Of a stretch of 64,000 bases of DNA, positions 50,187 through 60,618 are shown one piece after another. The notes under the pieces are model-generated. The model was not told where the DNA came from and ran no database searches. It saw nothing but the letters and a program-made list of their open reading frames with translations. The translations under genes were made by a program, and so were the position numbers. The stretch is from an uncultured Verrucomicrobiota bacterium. Its GTDB lineage: Bacteria; Verrucomicrobiota; Kiritimatiellia; JAAZAB01. The first letter of the stretch is position 1, and each line of letters begins with the position of its first letter. Where the stretch lies: NCBI GenBank assembly GCA_964486075.1, contig CAZALU010000001.1, positions 207-64,206 of the forward strand, written 5' to 3'.

Positions 50187-50876
50187 ATGTTTATCGATCC
50201 ATTGTACATTATCATGCTTGTACCGGCCTTGATCTTGGCCGGAGTGGCCTCGTGGATCACCCGCTCAACTTTTGCGAAATATGAACGCGTCCGGGCTTCG
50301 TCCGGCATGACCGGCGCGGAGGCCGCCGGCCGCCTGCTGGAGCGCAGTGGTATTCATAACGTAAACGTTGAACGTATCGGCGGTTTTTTAAGCGATCATT
50401 ACGACCCGCGAGCGCACACATTACGCCTTTCGGAAAAGGTCTATAATTCCAATTCACTTTCAGCGATCGGCGTGGCTTGCCATGAAGCGGGACACGCCAT
50501 CCAGCACGCCCGCCATTATGGGCCGCTCGGACTGCGCTCGGCGCTGGTGCCGGTTACCCAGATAGGCACGATTGCCCCCTATATCCTCATACCGCTGGGG
50601 TTTATTATGGGCTCGCTAATGCTGGTCAAACTGGGAATAGCGCTCTTTGGGGTGGTAGTGCTGTTTTCCCTGGTCACCTTGCCGGTGGAGTGGGACGCCA
50701 GCGCCCGCGCGAAACGGCTGATGGTCTCGTCCGGCATCGTGTCCGGCCAAGAAGAGAGGTCGGCCGGCCAAGTGTTGAATGCCGCTTTCTTAACCTACAT
50801 TGCCGCTGCCGTTTCGGCCTTGCTCACGCTGTTGTATTTCCTGATCCGCTCCGGACTGCTTGGCGGTCGGCGCTGA
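50187..50876 (+). CDS. Membrane zinc metallopeptidase (YugP/Zn_peptidase_2)
   Basis: LSDHYDP, ACHEAGHAIQH, TLPVEWDASARA, AAFLTYIAA. Confidence 0.9.
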   Translation: MFIDPLYIIMLVPALILAGVASWITRSTFAKYERVRASSGMTGAEAAGRLLERSGIHNVNVERIGGFLSDHYDPRAHTLRLSEKVYNSNSLSAIGVACHEAGHAIQHARHYGPLGLRSALVPVTQIGTIAPYILIPLGFIMGSLMLVKLGIALFGVVVLFSLVTLPVEWDASARAKRLMVSSGIVSGQEERSAGQVLNAAFLTYIAAAVSALLTLLYFLIRSGLLGGRR

Positions 50877-51379
50877 TGCGTCGGGCGCGCCGCGAGCGCA
50901 AGCGACAGCCTGCTTGGGCCCGGTTCAAAATATGTCCGTTGCGGGTAGCACTTTAGCCGGGCTTGTTTATCAATTCCCAGCGGGACGAAATTATAATAGG
51001 CCGACGTTTCAGCGCCGGTCTGGGTGTTCGCGAATATCATCGCGTCCCTGATGGGGCGCGGAGAATTGGGTGTGTTTTGCTGTAGTGCTTCACGGTGTGA
51101 CGCGAAAATATTCTTGTTTCCTGAATATTAAACTAAGCACGGCAGTTGCCAGTCAACCTTTACTGTAGTCGACCAATCTGGGGTCGGATCTGATCTTCTG
51201 TAGTCGATTCAGATACGCTTCATGTTCGGGATCTGGTCGGTCATCCGCCAATTCAAAGACCGCGCCCAGCGTGCGCGGCTACAAAAAATCGTCTGCGGCT
51301 TGTCCGCCATAGCTTTAGCAACGGTAGCAGCGGATCCGCTGGAAGCGGAAAATTTCGATGCATCAAACTAGAACGGTCT

Positions 51380-52246
51380 TCACGCCAGGGCCGAGCCGCG
51401 CCAGTGCAGCTTTTGACGCAGGACGGAGAAATAACTGTAATCCGGCAGATGTACGAAACGGGCCTGGTGCGGGCTGCGCCGGACTTCAACCCGGTCGCCG
51501 ATGCGCAACGGCTCGCCCACTTGCCCGTCTACCGATAGCTGTAGGCTGCCTGCGCACTTGGCTACGGTCATGCTGATTCGCTTGCCGTCCGGGATGACTA
51601 GCGGACGCGTGCTGAGGGTGTGCGGACAGATCGGGCTGACGAGCAGCGTGCGGCTTTCGGGAAGCAGAATCGGCCCGCCCGCCGAGAGCGAATGCCCGGT
51701 GCTGCCGGTCGGCGTGGAAACAATCAGGCCGTCGGCCATGTAGGCGGAGACTTCTTCGTCGTCCACCTTCAAATTCAAGGTGACAATCCGGGATGAAGCC
51801 CCGCGTTCGATAACGATATCGTTCAAGGCCCGGTAGCGGCTGATGATGGTCGAACCCCGGCGCAGGCCGCAATCGGCCAACGTGCGCCGGCTGGTGCTGA
51901 AGCGTCCGCGAGCCAGGCAGGCCAGGGATTGCTCCAAGTTCTCTTCGGTGACGCTGGTCAGAAATCCCAGGCTTCCCAGGTTGACTCCTAAAACTGGAAT
52001 ATCGCGTCCGTTCAGCAGGCGGATGGCTTTTAACATTGTGCCGTCGCCGCCGAGGACCAACAGGTAATCCATTTCTCGGATCAGCTTTGCCGCTTCCGTA
52101 CGGATGGCGGCCGGGAGCAGGTCGGCCGTCGGGTCAGCGGCCATCAGCCGGAAGCCTAATTTTTTGGCCAGACGTTCCAGGCGATGCAGGACGGTTGGCG
52201 CCGAAGGCTTGTTGCAGTTGGCGAAGATGCCGATTGTTTTTTTCAT
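51380..52246 (-). CDS. nadK: NAD(+) kinase
   Basis: LGGDGT, GVNLGSLGFLT, ALND, DGLIVSTPTGSTG. Confidence 0.95.
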   Translation of the reverse strand: MKKTIGIFANCNKPSAPTVLHRLERLAKKLGFRLMAADPTADLLPAAIRTEAAKLIREMDYLLVLGGDGTMLKAIRLLNGRDIPVLGVNLGSLGFLTSVTEENLEQSLACLARGRFSTSRRTLADCGLRRGSTIISRYRALNDIVIERGASSRIVTLNLKVDDEEVSAYMADGLIVSTPTGSTGHSLSAGGPILLPESRTLLVSPICPHTLSTRPLVIPDGKRISMTVAKCAGSLQLSVDGQVGEPLRIGDRVEVRRSPHQARFVHLPDYSYFSVLRQKLHWRGSALA

Positions 52247-52986
52247 GGTTTTGTTTCCCAATATGCCAGGAATTCAACGTTGCCGGCCGGACCGCGCAAC
52301 GGAGATTCACAAAGCTCCAGCCATTGCAAACCCAGCTCCATTTCGCCGAACTGGCGGATGCGTTCGATCGCACGTTGCCGTGCTGCCGGGTCCCGCACCA
52401 CGCCACCGCGCCCGATTTCGCGGCGTTCGGCCTCGAATTGCGGCTTAATCAGCGTTATTATTCGTGACCCCGCTTTAAGAATATCTTTAATCGCGGGCAG
52501 GACCTTTGTCAAAGAAATAAACGACACGTCCAGCGCGGCGAACGCCGCCGGTTCCGGCAGGTCGCCGGGCCGCAGGTAGCGGGCGTTGACCTTGTCCATA
52601 ACCACTACGCGCGGATCGTTCCGGAGCTTCCAGTGCAACTGGCCGGCGCCCACGTCAACAGCATAGACCTTGGCGGCGTCGTGCTGGAGCAGGCAATCCG
52701 TGAAGCCGCCGGTCGAGGCGCCGATATCCAGACAGACCAGTCCCTTGACATCGGGCTGAAAAACCTTAAAGGCGCGCTCCAGCTTTTCGCCGCCGCGGCC
52801 GACGAAGCGTTCGCCAGCGGCTACGACGAGTGCGGCGTCCGAGGTCACGCGCCGGCCGGGTTTGTCGGCAATCTGGCCCCCTATTCGGACTTGGCCGGCC
52901 AGAATGAGCCGTTGCGCTTTCTCGCGGCTTTCTGCCAGGCAACGTGTTACGAGAAGTTGGTCCAGACGTTGCTTAGTTGATGGCAT
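52243..52986 (-). CDS. tlyA: TlyA family rRNA 2'-O-methyltransferase
   Basis: S4 domain KQRLDQLLV, FVGRGGEKL, DIGASTGGFTD, DVSFISL, IKPQFE, GNVEFL. Confidence 0.95.
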   Translation of the reverse strand: MPSTKQRLDQLLVTRCLAESREKAQRLILAGQVRIGGQIADKPGRRVTSDAALVVAAGERFVGRGGEKLERAFKVFQPDVKGLVCLDIGASTGGFTDCLLQHDAAKVYAVDVGAGQLHWKLRNDPRVVVMDKVNARYLRPGDLPEPAAFAALDVSFISLTKVLPAIKDILKAGSRIITLIKPQFEAERREIGRGGVVRDPAARQRAIERIRQFGEMELGLQWLELCESPLRGPAGNVEFLAYWETKP

Positions 52987-53101
52987 AACTCTAATCGGGA
53001 TAATAACGAAGCTAAATATTTTTCTGGCTGCCAGCCTGAATAATTCATCAAAAGAAAATTATTCGACCAGTTCAAGAGCTTGAGCTAAAATGTATTGTGA
53101 T

Positions 53102-53341
53102 ACCTGAATTTTGCGTCGAGACGGCGCAAAATTCACCCCAAGGTCCGCCACGTGAGTCACGTTTCACGTACCAACGCGGTCACGTGATGATGGCCGCGTA
53201 AAACGCGGCCAAACGGGGTTAACCACGTTAGTTTCGAAAGCAACCCAACGGGTTATTTTCGAAACTGCACGTCTTTCGCCAGCGGGCAATGCCCGCTTAG
53301 GCGAAAGTGAATATTGCACGATAATCGTGCAATATTCAGGT
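53102..53341. mobile_element. 240-bp multi-hairpin MITE-like element, copy 1
   Basis: Terminal inverted repeats ACCTGAATTTTGC / GCAATATTCAGGT, GAT on both flanks, highly similar to 60619-60857. Confidence 0.7.
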
Positions 53342-53754
53342 GATAAAAACCGTGAGCTTCAACCTCAAAAAATATACTATAAACAAACAGGATTTTACAA
53401 CTGTAAATTGGCATGGTCCAGCCATTCAGCCATTCGCATTATGGCCTGCGCCTCCTGCCGCCTTGTGCGACGAGAGCGACAGATTGGCTGGAAAGGGGCA
53501 CTTTTTTCAGCCAATCTCTTCACCCGTGACGCAAGGGCGCGAGAATCTAAGGCGCGCTAAGGCCCGCAACTCAGGGTAGCGCAGGGTTAATCCCTGCGAT
53601 CTTGGTTTTATATAACGGTTTAGCGTGGATAAGCTAAAGGCCATAATGCAATTGCTGTACGGTTATGATTGATTGGAGCAGGGGAAGTTCTTATGATTTC
53701 AAATTGACTCGTTTTAAAAGGCTTCGTACCCAGCGCCGAAAGGACTGCGCCGTG

Positions 53755-54684
53755 ATGTCACACCAAGTTCTGCTATGGGTTGCTTTCAGTATCTTCATCC
53801 TGGTGATGCTGGTCTTGGATCTATGGGTTTTTCAGCGTAAGGCCCATGTTATTCAACTCAAGGAAGCCTTGTTGTGGGTTGTTTTCTGGGTTGCCTTGGC
53901 GCTCGTGTTCAACTTGGGTATCTATTTTTGGAGAGGGCCGGCGAAGGCGATCGAGTTCCTGGCCGGGTATGTTATCGAGTATTCCCTCAGCGTGGATAAT
54001 ATCTTTGTTTTTCTGCTGATCTTTTCCTACTTTCGCGTTCCTGCGTCTTACCAGCATAAGGTTCTTTTCTGGGGCATCCTCGGCGCGATTGTCATGCGGG
54101 CGGTTTTTATTGCCATAGGTATAACCCTGATCACACGCTTTAGCTGGATTATTTATGTTTTCGGGGTGTTTCTGGTCCTGACCGGCATTAAGATGATGTT
54201 ACAAAAGAACCAGGAGATCCGTCCGGAAAAGAATCCGCTGCTTAAACTCCTACGTCGTTGGATGCCTGTGACGGAACAATACGAAGGCGAACGATTTTTT
54301 ACTCAAAAAGCGGGGCATTTTCTGGCTACGCCCTTGTTTGTAGTTCTCCTGGTGGTGGAAACCAGCGATATTGTATTTGCCGTCGATTCGATTCCGGCCG
54401 TTTTGGCCATTACCGTGGACCCGTTTATCGTTTACACCTCGAATATCTTCGCCGTCTTGGGGCTGCGGGCGCTCTACTTCGCCCTGGCCGGAATGATGCG
54501 CACGTTTCACCACCTCCATTATGGGCTTTCCATCATCCTTATCTTCGTGGGTATAAAGATGCTTATGGGCGATTTTTATAAGATGCCGACCGGTATTGCC
54601 TTGGGCATGATCGCGGGCATTCTTTTGGCCTCTGTGGTCGCCTCTCTCATTTGGCCGGTGATGGAACCCCGTAAAAACAATTGA
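53755..54684 (+). CDS. TerC/Alx family membrane protein
   Basis: AIEFLAGYVIEYSLSVDNIFVF, LFWGILGAIVMRA, DIVFAVDSIPA, SNIFAVLGLRALYF. Confidence 0.93.
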   Translation: MSHQVLLWVAFSIFILVMLVLDLWVFQRKAHVIQLKEALLWVVFWVALALVFNLGIYFWRGPAKAIEFLAGYVIEYSLSVDNIFVFLLIFSYFRVPASYQHKVLFWGILGAIVMRAVFIAIGITLITRFSWIIYVFGVFLVLTGIKMMLQKNQEIRPEKNPLLKLLRRWMPVTEQYEGERFFTQKAGHFLATPLFVVLLVVETSDIVFAVDSIPAVLAITVDPFIVYTSNIFAVLGLRALYFALAGMMRTFHHLHYGLSIILIFVGIKMLMGDFYKMPTGIALGMIAGILLASVVASLIWPVMEPRKNN

Positions 54685-54709
54685 CTCCCCGTCCCGGGAG
54701 CCCTACTAT
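54681..54709 (+). promoter_or_regulatory. Sigma70 promoter for hppA overlapping the terC stop
   Basis: TTGACT-17-TACTAT. Confidence 0.6.
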
Positions 54710-54906
54710 TCTCCGCGTTTATCATTCTTTTTTTTTTTTTGATTAAATTGGCGGGTTCTTGACTTGTAAATCGATTTTTTTCAGTCCCATTGAAATCACT
54801 ATGTTGCCGTGGCTCCGTGGACCGCGGAGCCGCGCGGCAGACAATCATGCGGTATGCCAGGTTCAATAACCAGCGCCATCAGGCGCACCGAGGAGGGTAT
54901 CGGACG

Positions 54907-57348
54907 ATGAAACGGATCGGACAATGGAAAATGTGGGCCATGCTTGCGGTTTTGATGTTAGGGGCTTGTTCGGCGGCGCTGGCGGGGGAGTCGGACATCA
55001 ATCTCCCCGAGTTGAGCACGGTTGCTTTCACGGTGCTGGGAGTGCCGGTCAGCGGGATGCTCCTGCTTTATTGCGGACTGGTGGTCTGCGCCATCGGCCT
55101 AATTTTTGGCCTGATCCAGTACGCTCAGACCAAGGCCTTGCCGGTGCATGAGAGCATGAGTGCGGTGTCGCAGACGATCTGGGAAACCTGTAAGACCTAT
55201 CTTTTCCAGCAAGGCAAGTTCCTGGCGATACTCTGGCTGCTCATCGGGGCCTGCATGTGGTATTACTTCGGTGTGCTCCAGGAGAAGAGCACGTTACATA
55301 TTGTCATTATCCTGCTGGCGTCCATCCTGGGCATCCTGGGCTCTTATGGCGTCGCCTGGTTCGGCATTAGGATCAACACTCAGGCCAATTCCCGGTCCGC
55401 CTTTGCCGCCTTGCGCGGCAAGCCGTGGCTGGCCCTGGCGATTCCGATGAAGTCTGGCATGAGTGTCGGCTTGCTGCTGGTCAGCGTGGAGCTGTTCTTC
55501 ATGATCTGCATTCTGGCCTTCCTGCCCAAGGAGCTGGCCGGACCCTGTTTCATCGGGTTTGCCATTGGCGAGTCGCTTGGCGCCAGCGCCCTCCGTATCT
55601 GCGGTGGAATTTTTACCAAGATCGCCGACATCGGCTCCGACCTGATGAAGATTATTTTCAAGCTGCCGGAAGACGATCCGAAGAACCCCGGCGTCATTGC
55701 CGATTGCACCGGCGATAACGCTGGCGACAGCGTCGGGCCGACCGCCGATGGCTTCGAGACTTATGGTGTGACGGGTGTGGCCCTGATCGCCCTGCTGGCC
55801 TTGGCCCTGGTGCATAAACCGGTGCTGTGCGGGCAATTGATCGTCTGGCTGTTCGTGATGCGCATCCTGATGATTCTGACCTCGCTGGTTGCATATTTTA
55901 TTACCGAAAAAATGTCGGCTGCCAAGTATCGCGACGCCGATGAATTCGACGCGGAAAAGCCGCTCACCCACCTGGTCTGGATCACATCCCTGATTTCTGT
56001 GGCCGTCACCTTTGCGGCCAGTTTCCTGCTCCTGCCCGAGGCTGAACACGGCAGTCTGTGGTGGGTGCTGGCGGTGATCATCAGCTGCGGTACGCTGGCC
56101 GGAGCCTTGATCCCGGAGTTCACCAAAATATTTACGAGCACGAATTCGCGCCATGTCAAGGAAGTGGTTACTTCCGCCAGGCAGGGCGGAGCGTCGCTGA
56201 ATATTCTTTCCGGGTTCGTAGCCGGTAATTTTTCAGCTTTCTGGGAGGGCCTGTTGATCCTGTCGCTTATGTTCGTCAGTTATCTGATCTCCCGGCACCC
56301 GGATCTGCTCGCCATCATGCCCACTACGCCGGTTGACCTTACGTTTGCCACGCCGATTTTTGCCTTCGGCCTGGTGGCCTTCGGATTCCTGGGCATGGGC
56401 CCGGTAACCATTGCGGTTGATAGCTTCGGGCCGGTTTCCGATAACGCCCAATCGGTCTATGAGCTGAGCCAGATCGAATCCATTCCCGGCATAAAGGAGG
56501 AAATCAAGCGTTTGTTCGGCTTCGAACCCAACTTCGAAAAAGCTAAGCTGTGCCTCGAGAAAAACGACGGCGCTGGCAACACCTTCAAGGCCACAGCCAA
56601 GCCGGTACTGATCGGCACGGCGGTGGTCGGCGCCACCACGATGATCTTTGGTATCATTTTGCTCCTGGAAGCCAAATACGGTGGTGTTGTTGGCAAGCTG
56701 AGCCTGGTGCAGCCCGAAATCATACTTGGCCTGCTGATGGGCGGCGCCGTGATCTACTGGTTTACCGGTGCTTCGACCCAGGCGGTGGTCACCGGCGCCT
56801 ACCGCGCCGTGGTCTACATCAAGGAACACATCAAGCTCGACAGCGTCACGGCCTCGATCAAGGACAGCAAAGAAGTCGTTCGCATCTGCACCATGTATGC
56901 CCAGAAAGGCATGGTCAACATCTTCGTGACTATTTTCTGTCTGGCGCTGGCCCTTTCGTTTTTTAATCCCTATTTCTTCATCGGCTACCTGATCGCCATT
57001 GCGTTCTTTGGTTTGTTCCAGGCGATTTTCATGGCCAATGCTGGCGGGGCCTGGGACAACGCCAAAAAAATAGTGGAAGTGGACCTGCGCATGAAGGGCA
57101 CCGACCTGCATGCGGCCTGTGTGGTCGGCGATACCGTCGGCGACCCGTTCAAGGATACCTCATCCGTGGCGATGAACCCGGTGATCAAGTTCACTACCCT
57201 CTTCGGTCTGCTGGCAGTCGAGATCGCTGTGACCATGCAGGATACGTGGGTCAGGCCGGCGGTCGGCGCCTGCTTTTTCCTGGTTGCTCTGGTGTTCGTC
57301 TACCGCTCGTTCTACGGCATGCGCATCCCGGTGGATAAGGAGGCCTGA
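54907..57348 (+). CDS. hppA: Membrane-bound proton-translocating pyrophosphatase, K+-independent type
   Basis: GGIFTKIADIGSDL, EDDPKNPGVIADCTGDNAGD, DSFGPVSDNA, GNTFKA (Lys at the K+-determinant position), GGAWDNAKK, GDTVGDPFKDTS. Confidence 0.93.
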   Translation: MKRIGQWKMWAMLAVLMLGACSAALAGESDINLPELSTVAFTVLGVPVSGMLLLYCGLVVCAIGLIFGLIQYAQTKALPVHESMSAVSQTIWETCKTYLFQQGKFLAILWLLIGACMWYYFGVLQEKSTLHIVIILLASILGILGSYGVAWFGIRINTQANSRSAFAALRGKPWLALAIPMKSGMSVGLLLVSVELFFMICILAFLPKELAGPCFIGFAIGESLGASALRICGGIFTKIADIGSDLMKIIFKLPEDDPKNPGVIADCTGDNAGDSVGPTADGFETYGVTGVALIALLALALVHKPVLCGQLIVWLFVMRILMILTSLVAYFITEKMSAAKYRDADEFDAEKPLTHLVWITSLISVAVTFAASFLLLPEAEHGSLWWVLAVIISCGTLAGALIPEFTKIFTSTNSRHVKEVVTSARQGGASLNILSGFVAGNFSAFWEGLLILSLMFVSYLISRHPDLLAIMPTTPVDLTFATPIFAFGLVAFGFLGMGPVTIAVDSFGPVSDNAQSVYELSQIESIPGIKEEIKRLFGFEPNFEKAKLCLEKNDGAGNTFKATAKPVLIGTAVVGATTMIFGIILLLEAKYGGVVGKLSLVQPEIILGLLMGGAVIYWFTGASTQAVVTGAYRAVVYIKEHIKLDSVTASIKDSKEVVRICTMYAQKGMVNIFVTIFCLALALSFFNPYFFIGYLIAIAFFGLFQAIFMANAGGAWDNAKKIVEVDLRMKGTDLHAACVVGDTVGDPFKDTSSVAMNPVIKFTTLFGLLAVEIAVTMQDTWVRPAVGACFFLVALVFVYRSFYGMRIPVDKEA

Positions 57349-57646
57349 GGGCCAGCGGGCAAGAGGCTCAACAGAGCCTCGGAGCAGCAGCGGTCGGTAG
57401 TCGATCTGTAAAACCAGCCGAATCAAATACTGTTATAGCTTGGTTTCCTGTGTCGACTGATGACCTGCATGTCTCTAAAATAACGCAGAAGCCCGCTTCT
57501 AACCCTCCCAGCCCGGGAGCGGATCAAGCATAAGATAAGATAAGATATTAAAACCAACCAGCTCCACTCCTTGGAGGGGCAAGGGGTGGGCTCCCATAGT
57601 TTAATTTACAGCTATTCGACACGGCCTTTTGATCTCCGGAGTTCTG

Positions 57647-58426
57647 ATGAAATTGACCTTCCTCGGCACCGGTACTTCCATCGGCATTCCCGCCATTGGA
57701 TGTGCCTGCCCGGTGTGCTTGTCCACGGATCCGCGTGATAAGCGACGCCGGGCCAGCCTTCATGTTGCAGCCGCCGGATTGCACCTGGTCATCGATACGC
57801 CCCCGGATTTTCGCGATCAGGTCCTGACCTTCAAAGTGCCGCGGCTGGATGCCCTGCTGATTACCCACAGCCATACCGATCATATCGTGGGCTTCGACGA
57901 TATTCGCCGGTTCAATATCGTACAAAACCAGGTCATTCCGGTCTACGGGAACAAGGCTACGCTGGACGACCTGCTGCGTATGTTCCCCTACGTTCAAAAC
58001 ATCGCTCCGCCGGGTCTGGCCTATCCGCGCGTGGCAATGCATCCCGTATCCCAGCCGTTCCGGATCGGCGCAATTACGGTGGAACCAATCCAGGTTGAGC
58101 ATGCCGACCTGCCGACATTCGGCTATCGGCTGGAAGCAGACGGCCATGCCATGGCGTACGTGCCGGATTGCCACTTTATGGACGCCGCCGTCATCCGGCG
58201 CTTACGCGGGATTGACGTCATGATCCTGGACGCCTTGCGCCCGGATGCCCACCCGACTCATTTTACGCTCGCGGAAAGTGTGGCGGTCCTGCGGCGCATC
58301 GACGCCCGCCGCTCCTTCATCACCCATCTCGGTCACCAGCTTGCTCACGAGCAGGCCCAGCGGGCTCTGCCCCCCGGCATGACCGTCCCCTATGACGGTC
58401 TGGCGGTTAGCTTGCGTAAACAATAA
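57647..58426 (+). CDS. MBL-fold hydrolase, PhnP-like
   Basis: FLGTGTSIGIP, THSHTDHIVG, HPTHF, THLGH, PYDGL. Confidence 0.9.
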   Translation: MKLTFLGTGTSIGIPAIGCACPVCLSTDPRDKRRRASLHVAAAGLHLVIDTPPDFRDQVLTFKVPRLDALLITHSHTDHIVGFDDIRRFNIVQNQVIPVYGNKATLDDLLRMFPYVQNIAPPGLAYPRVAMHPVSQPFRIGAITVEPIQVEHADLPTFGYRLEADGHAMAYVPDCHFMDAAVIRRLRGIDVMILDALRPDAHPTHFTLAESVAVLRRIDARRSFITHLGHQLAHEQAQRALPPGMTVPYDGLAVSLRKQ

Positions 58427-58448
58427 CATCGGGTTAATCTTGGGCGCC

Positions 58449-59408
58449 ATGGATCGGCATGACAAAATTCTGACGCCGACCGGCATCCGTGCCTGGCGGG
58501 ATGCGGTCGTGCGCGCCGGCGACAGCGTGGCCGTTGTGGCCGGATCGTTTGATATCTTTCAGCCGGGGAATCTGCTGGCCTTGCGCACAGCGGCCTGCCA
58601 GGCTTCCAAGGTCTGCGTGGTGGTGGACGCGGACGAGCTTCGTCAGAACCGGGACTGGGCCTGGAATTCCGCGGCAGCACGGACGGAAGCCGTGGCGCAC
58701 CTCCGGGATGTGTCAGTCGTCCTGCCGCTCACGACTGAACGGGCCGCAGACGGACTGCGCGATCTGCAACCCTATCGTCTCGCGGATTGCCTGGCCCAGG
58801 CCATCACGCTCCCTTTGCACAAGACTGCCCGGGCGCTGGCCGACAGCATTGTTGATTTGCCGCCGCTATCCGAATGTTTCACCCAGGATATTTCCGACCG
58901 GATTCTTCACAATGCCACCCCGGTGCCGCTTGCGCCCGGAACCGGCGACAGCCGGACGGGTCCGGCGGACCTGGCCCAGCTCCAGGCAAAACGCGAGGAC
59001 CGCATCCTGGTCACCGTCAACGGTTGTTTTGACATTCTCCACCTCGGGCATCTGCGCCTGCTGGCGCAGGCCCGGCGGATGGGCGATGAACTCATGGTGC
59101 TGATCAACGACGATGAATCAGTCAGCGCCTACAAGGGCCCGTCGCGGCCGGTTTTCCCGGCGTCATTCCGGCTGTCCGCGCTGCAGGCCCTGGATTCGGT
59201 TGCGCTGGCCTATCCCTTTCCCGGCGACAACCCGCTCGAACTGCTGGCCCGGATCAAGCCGGACATCCATGTCAAGGGCGGCACCTACGAAGAGGAGCGG
59301 GTCCGGGCGGAACGCGAACTATTGGCTGGCTGGGGCGGACGGGTTGAGTTTTGCCCGCTGGTGGAAGGCTATAGCACCACCGACCTGATCAACAAGGTCC
59401 GGCACTGA
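58449..59408 (+). CDS. Two-domain cytidylyltransferase-like protein (degenerate and intact HldC/RfaE2 domains)
   Basis: N-domain GSFDIFQPGN; C-domain NGCFDILHLGH..INDDESV..KGPSRPV..VKGGTY..GYSTTDLI. Confidence 0.8.
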   Translation: MDRHDKILTPTGIRAWRDAVVRAGDSVAVVAGSFDIFQPGNLLALRTAACQASKVCVVVDADELRQNRDWAWNSAAARTEAVAHLRDVSVVLPLTTERAADGLRDLQPYRLADCLAQAITLPLHKTARALADSIVDLPPLSECFTQDISDRILHNATPVPLAPGTGDSRTGPADLAQLQAKREDRILVTVNGCFDILHLGHLRLLAQARRMGDELMVLINDDESVSAYKGPSRPVFPASFRLSALQALDSVALAYPFPGDNPLELLARIKPDIHVKGGTYEEERVRAERELLAGWGGRVEFCPLVEGYSTTDLINKVRH

Positions 59409-59460
59409 TCGGATTGTTACCACGGATATCGCTGATATCAGAGGCTCTGGCAAAACCCTG

Positions 59461-59543
59461 CGGACGCGACAGAGCGCGTCCCTCCATCTTCAAAAATACG
59501 TCGGATTATGCCCCTGTTGGAGGGCCACGCTCTGTCGTGGCCG
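59461..59543. repeat. Inverted REP-like pair
   Basis: CGGACGCGACAGAGCGCGTCCCTCCA (59461-59486) and TGGAGGGCCACGCTCTGTCGTGGCCG (59518-59543). Confidence 0.7.
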
Positions 59544-59666
59544 GCTTTTACATGGGTTTTGCAAGACTCTCATCAGAAAGAAATTCGAGTGATATCTTTA
59601 TCCGTGAAATCCACTGTTATGCGCGGTAAAGTCTCTTGCTTTGGTGGCCGCGGGTCAATCCGTGGC

Positions 59667-60005
59667 TTAATCTTCCTCATACCCGCCAAGCGAGATTTTC
59701 CTGAGGATCATCCGGACCACGGCGGCGATGAGAAGATAGGCCAGGGCGGTGATGATGCCGTAGAAAAACATCTTGCGCAGGTCGCCGGCCGAGGCCGGCG
59801 ATGCTTCGGCCTGCCCGGGCAATGCGCCGGGCCCGTAATAAAGCATCACCAGCGCGATCAGGATCACGGGGAGCGGCACGACGATACCCATGGCCCGCTT
59901 GATATAACCGGGCAGCGGTAGGAATCCCAATAGCCAAAGTATGCTGGCTGTGGAGCCCGTGCCCGCCGCAAACGCCACTCCCATCTTGACCAGGTGCTCG
60001 TTCAT
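59667..60005 (-). CDS. Small hypothetical membrane protein
   Basis: 112 aa, three hydrophobic helices, ATGA overlap with the apt stop. Confidence 0.7.
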   Translation of the reverse strand: MNEHLVKMGVAFAAGTGSTASILWLLGFLPLPGYIKRAMGIVVPLPVILIALVMLYYGPGALPGQAEASPASAGDLRKMFFYGIITALAYLLIAAVVRMILRKISLGGYEED

Positions 60006-60535
60006 TCGAAGGTTATTGCGGAATACACCGGGTATTTTGAAAGCTTCTCGCGCCCCTTTAAGGACGTCAGTTCAATCAGGAAAACAATTTCCTCGATGCG
60101 GGCGCCGAGCTTTTCGATCAGGTTCGCGGAAGCCGCCGCCGTGCCGCCGGTCGCCAATAGGTCATCCACGAGCAGGACCGTGTCGCCCGGCTTGAGGGCG
60201 TCGGTGTGCATGGACAGCGTCGCCGAGCCGTATTCCAGCTGGTAGGACTCCTCGAGCGTGGTGAAGGGTAGTTTGCCTTTTTTGCGAATGGGAATGAAGC
60301 CGGTGTTCAGGGCGCGGGCCACCGCGCCGCCGAAGATGAACCCGCGTGCCTCCACTGCGGCTACGGCATCAACTTGCTTGTCCTTGTGCCGCGCGCAGAA
60401 CACGTCGATCGCGGCCTTGAACAACTTTGGATCTGCCAGGATCGGCGTGATGTCCCGGAAGAGCACGCCCTTGATCGGGAAATCGGGAATGTTACGGATG
60501 GCCTTCTTGAGCTTTTTGATCTTGGCTTCGTTCAT
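60002..60535 (-). CDS. apt: Adenine phosphoribosyltransferase
   Basis: IPDFPIKGVLFRDIT, EARGFIFG, RKKGKLP, LLVDDLLATGGT. Confidence 0.96.
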   Translation of the reverse strand: MNEAKIKKLKKAIRNIPDFPIKGVLFRDITPILADPKLFKAAIDVFCARHKDKQVDAVAAVEARGFIFGGAVARALNTGFIPIRKKGKLPFTTLEESYQLEYGSATLSMHTDALKPGDTVLLVDDLLATGGTAAASANLIEKLGARIEEIVFLIELTSLKGREKLSKYPVYSAITFE

Positions 60536-60618
60536 GGTGCTTCCTGTGGGAAAGGGTTGCTGAATGAATTGCCTCGGATAATAGCTGAGCGCGTCCTGAT
60601 AGACAAATATAAATTATT

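Noticed and set aside
51150-51260. Short minus-strand ORF MNWRMTDQIPEHEAYLNRLQKIRSDPRLVDYSKG
   Set aside because: May be a gene remnant, but about 34 aa with no family I can assign
53345-53755. yybP-ykoY (Mn2+) riboswitch expected upstream of terC
   Set aside because: No recognisable conserved core; only a short CGCAGGGTTAATCCCTGCG hairpin
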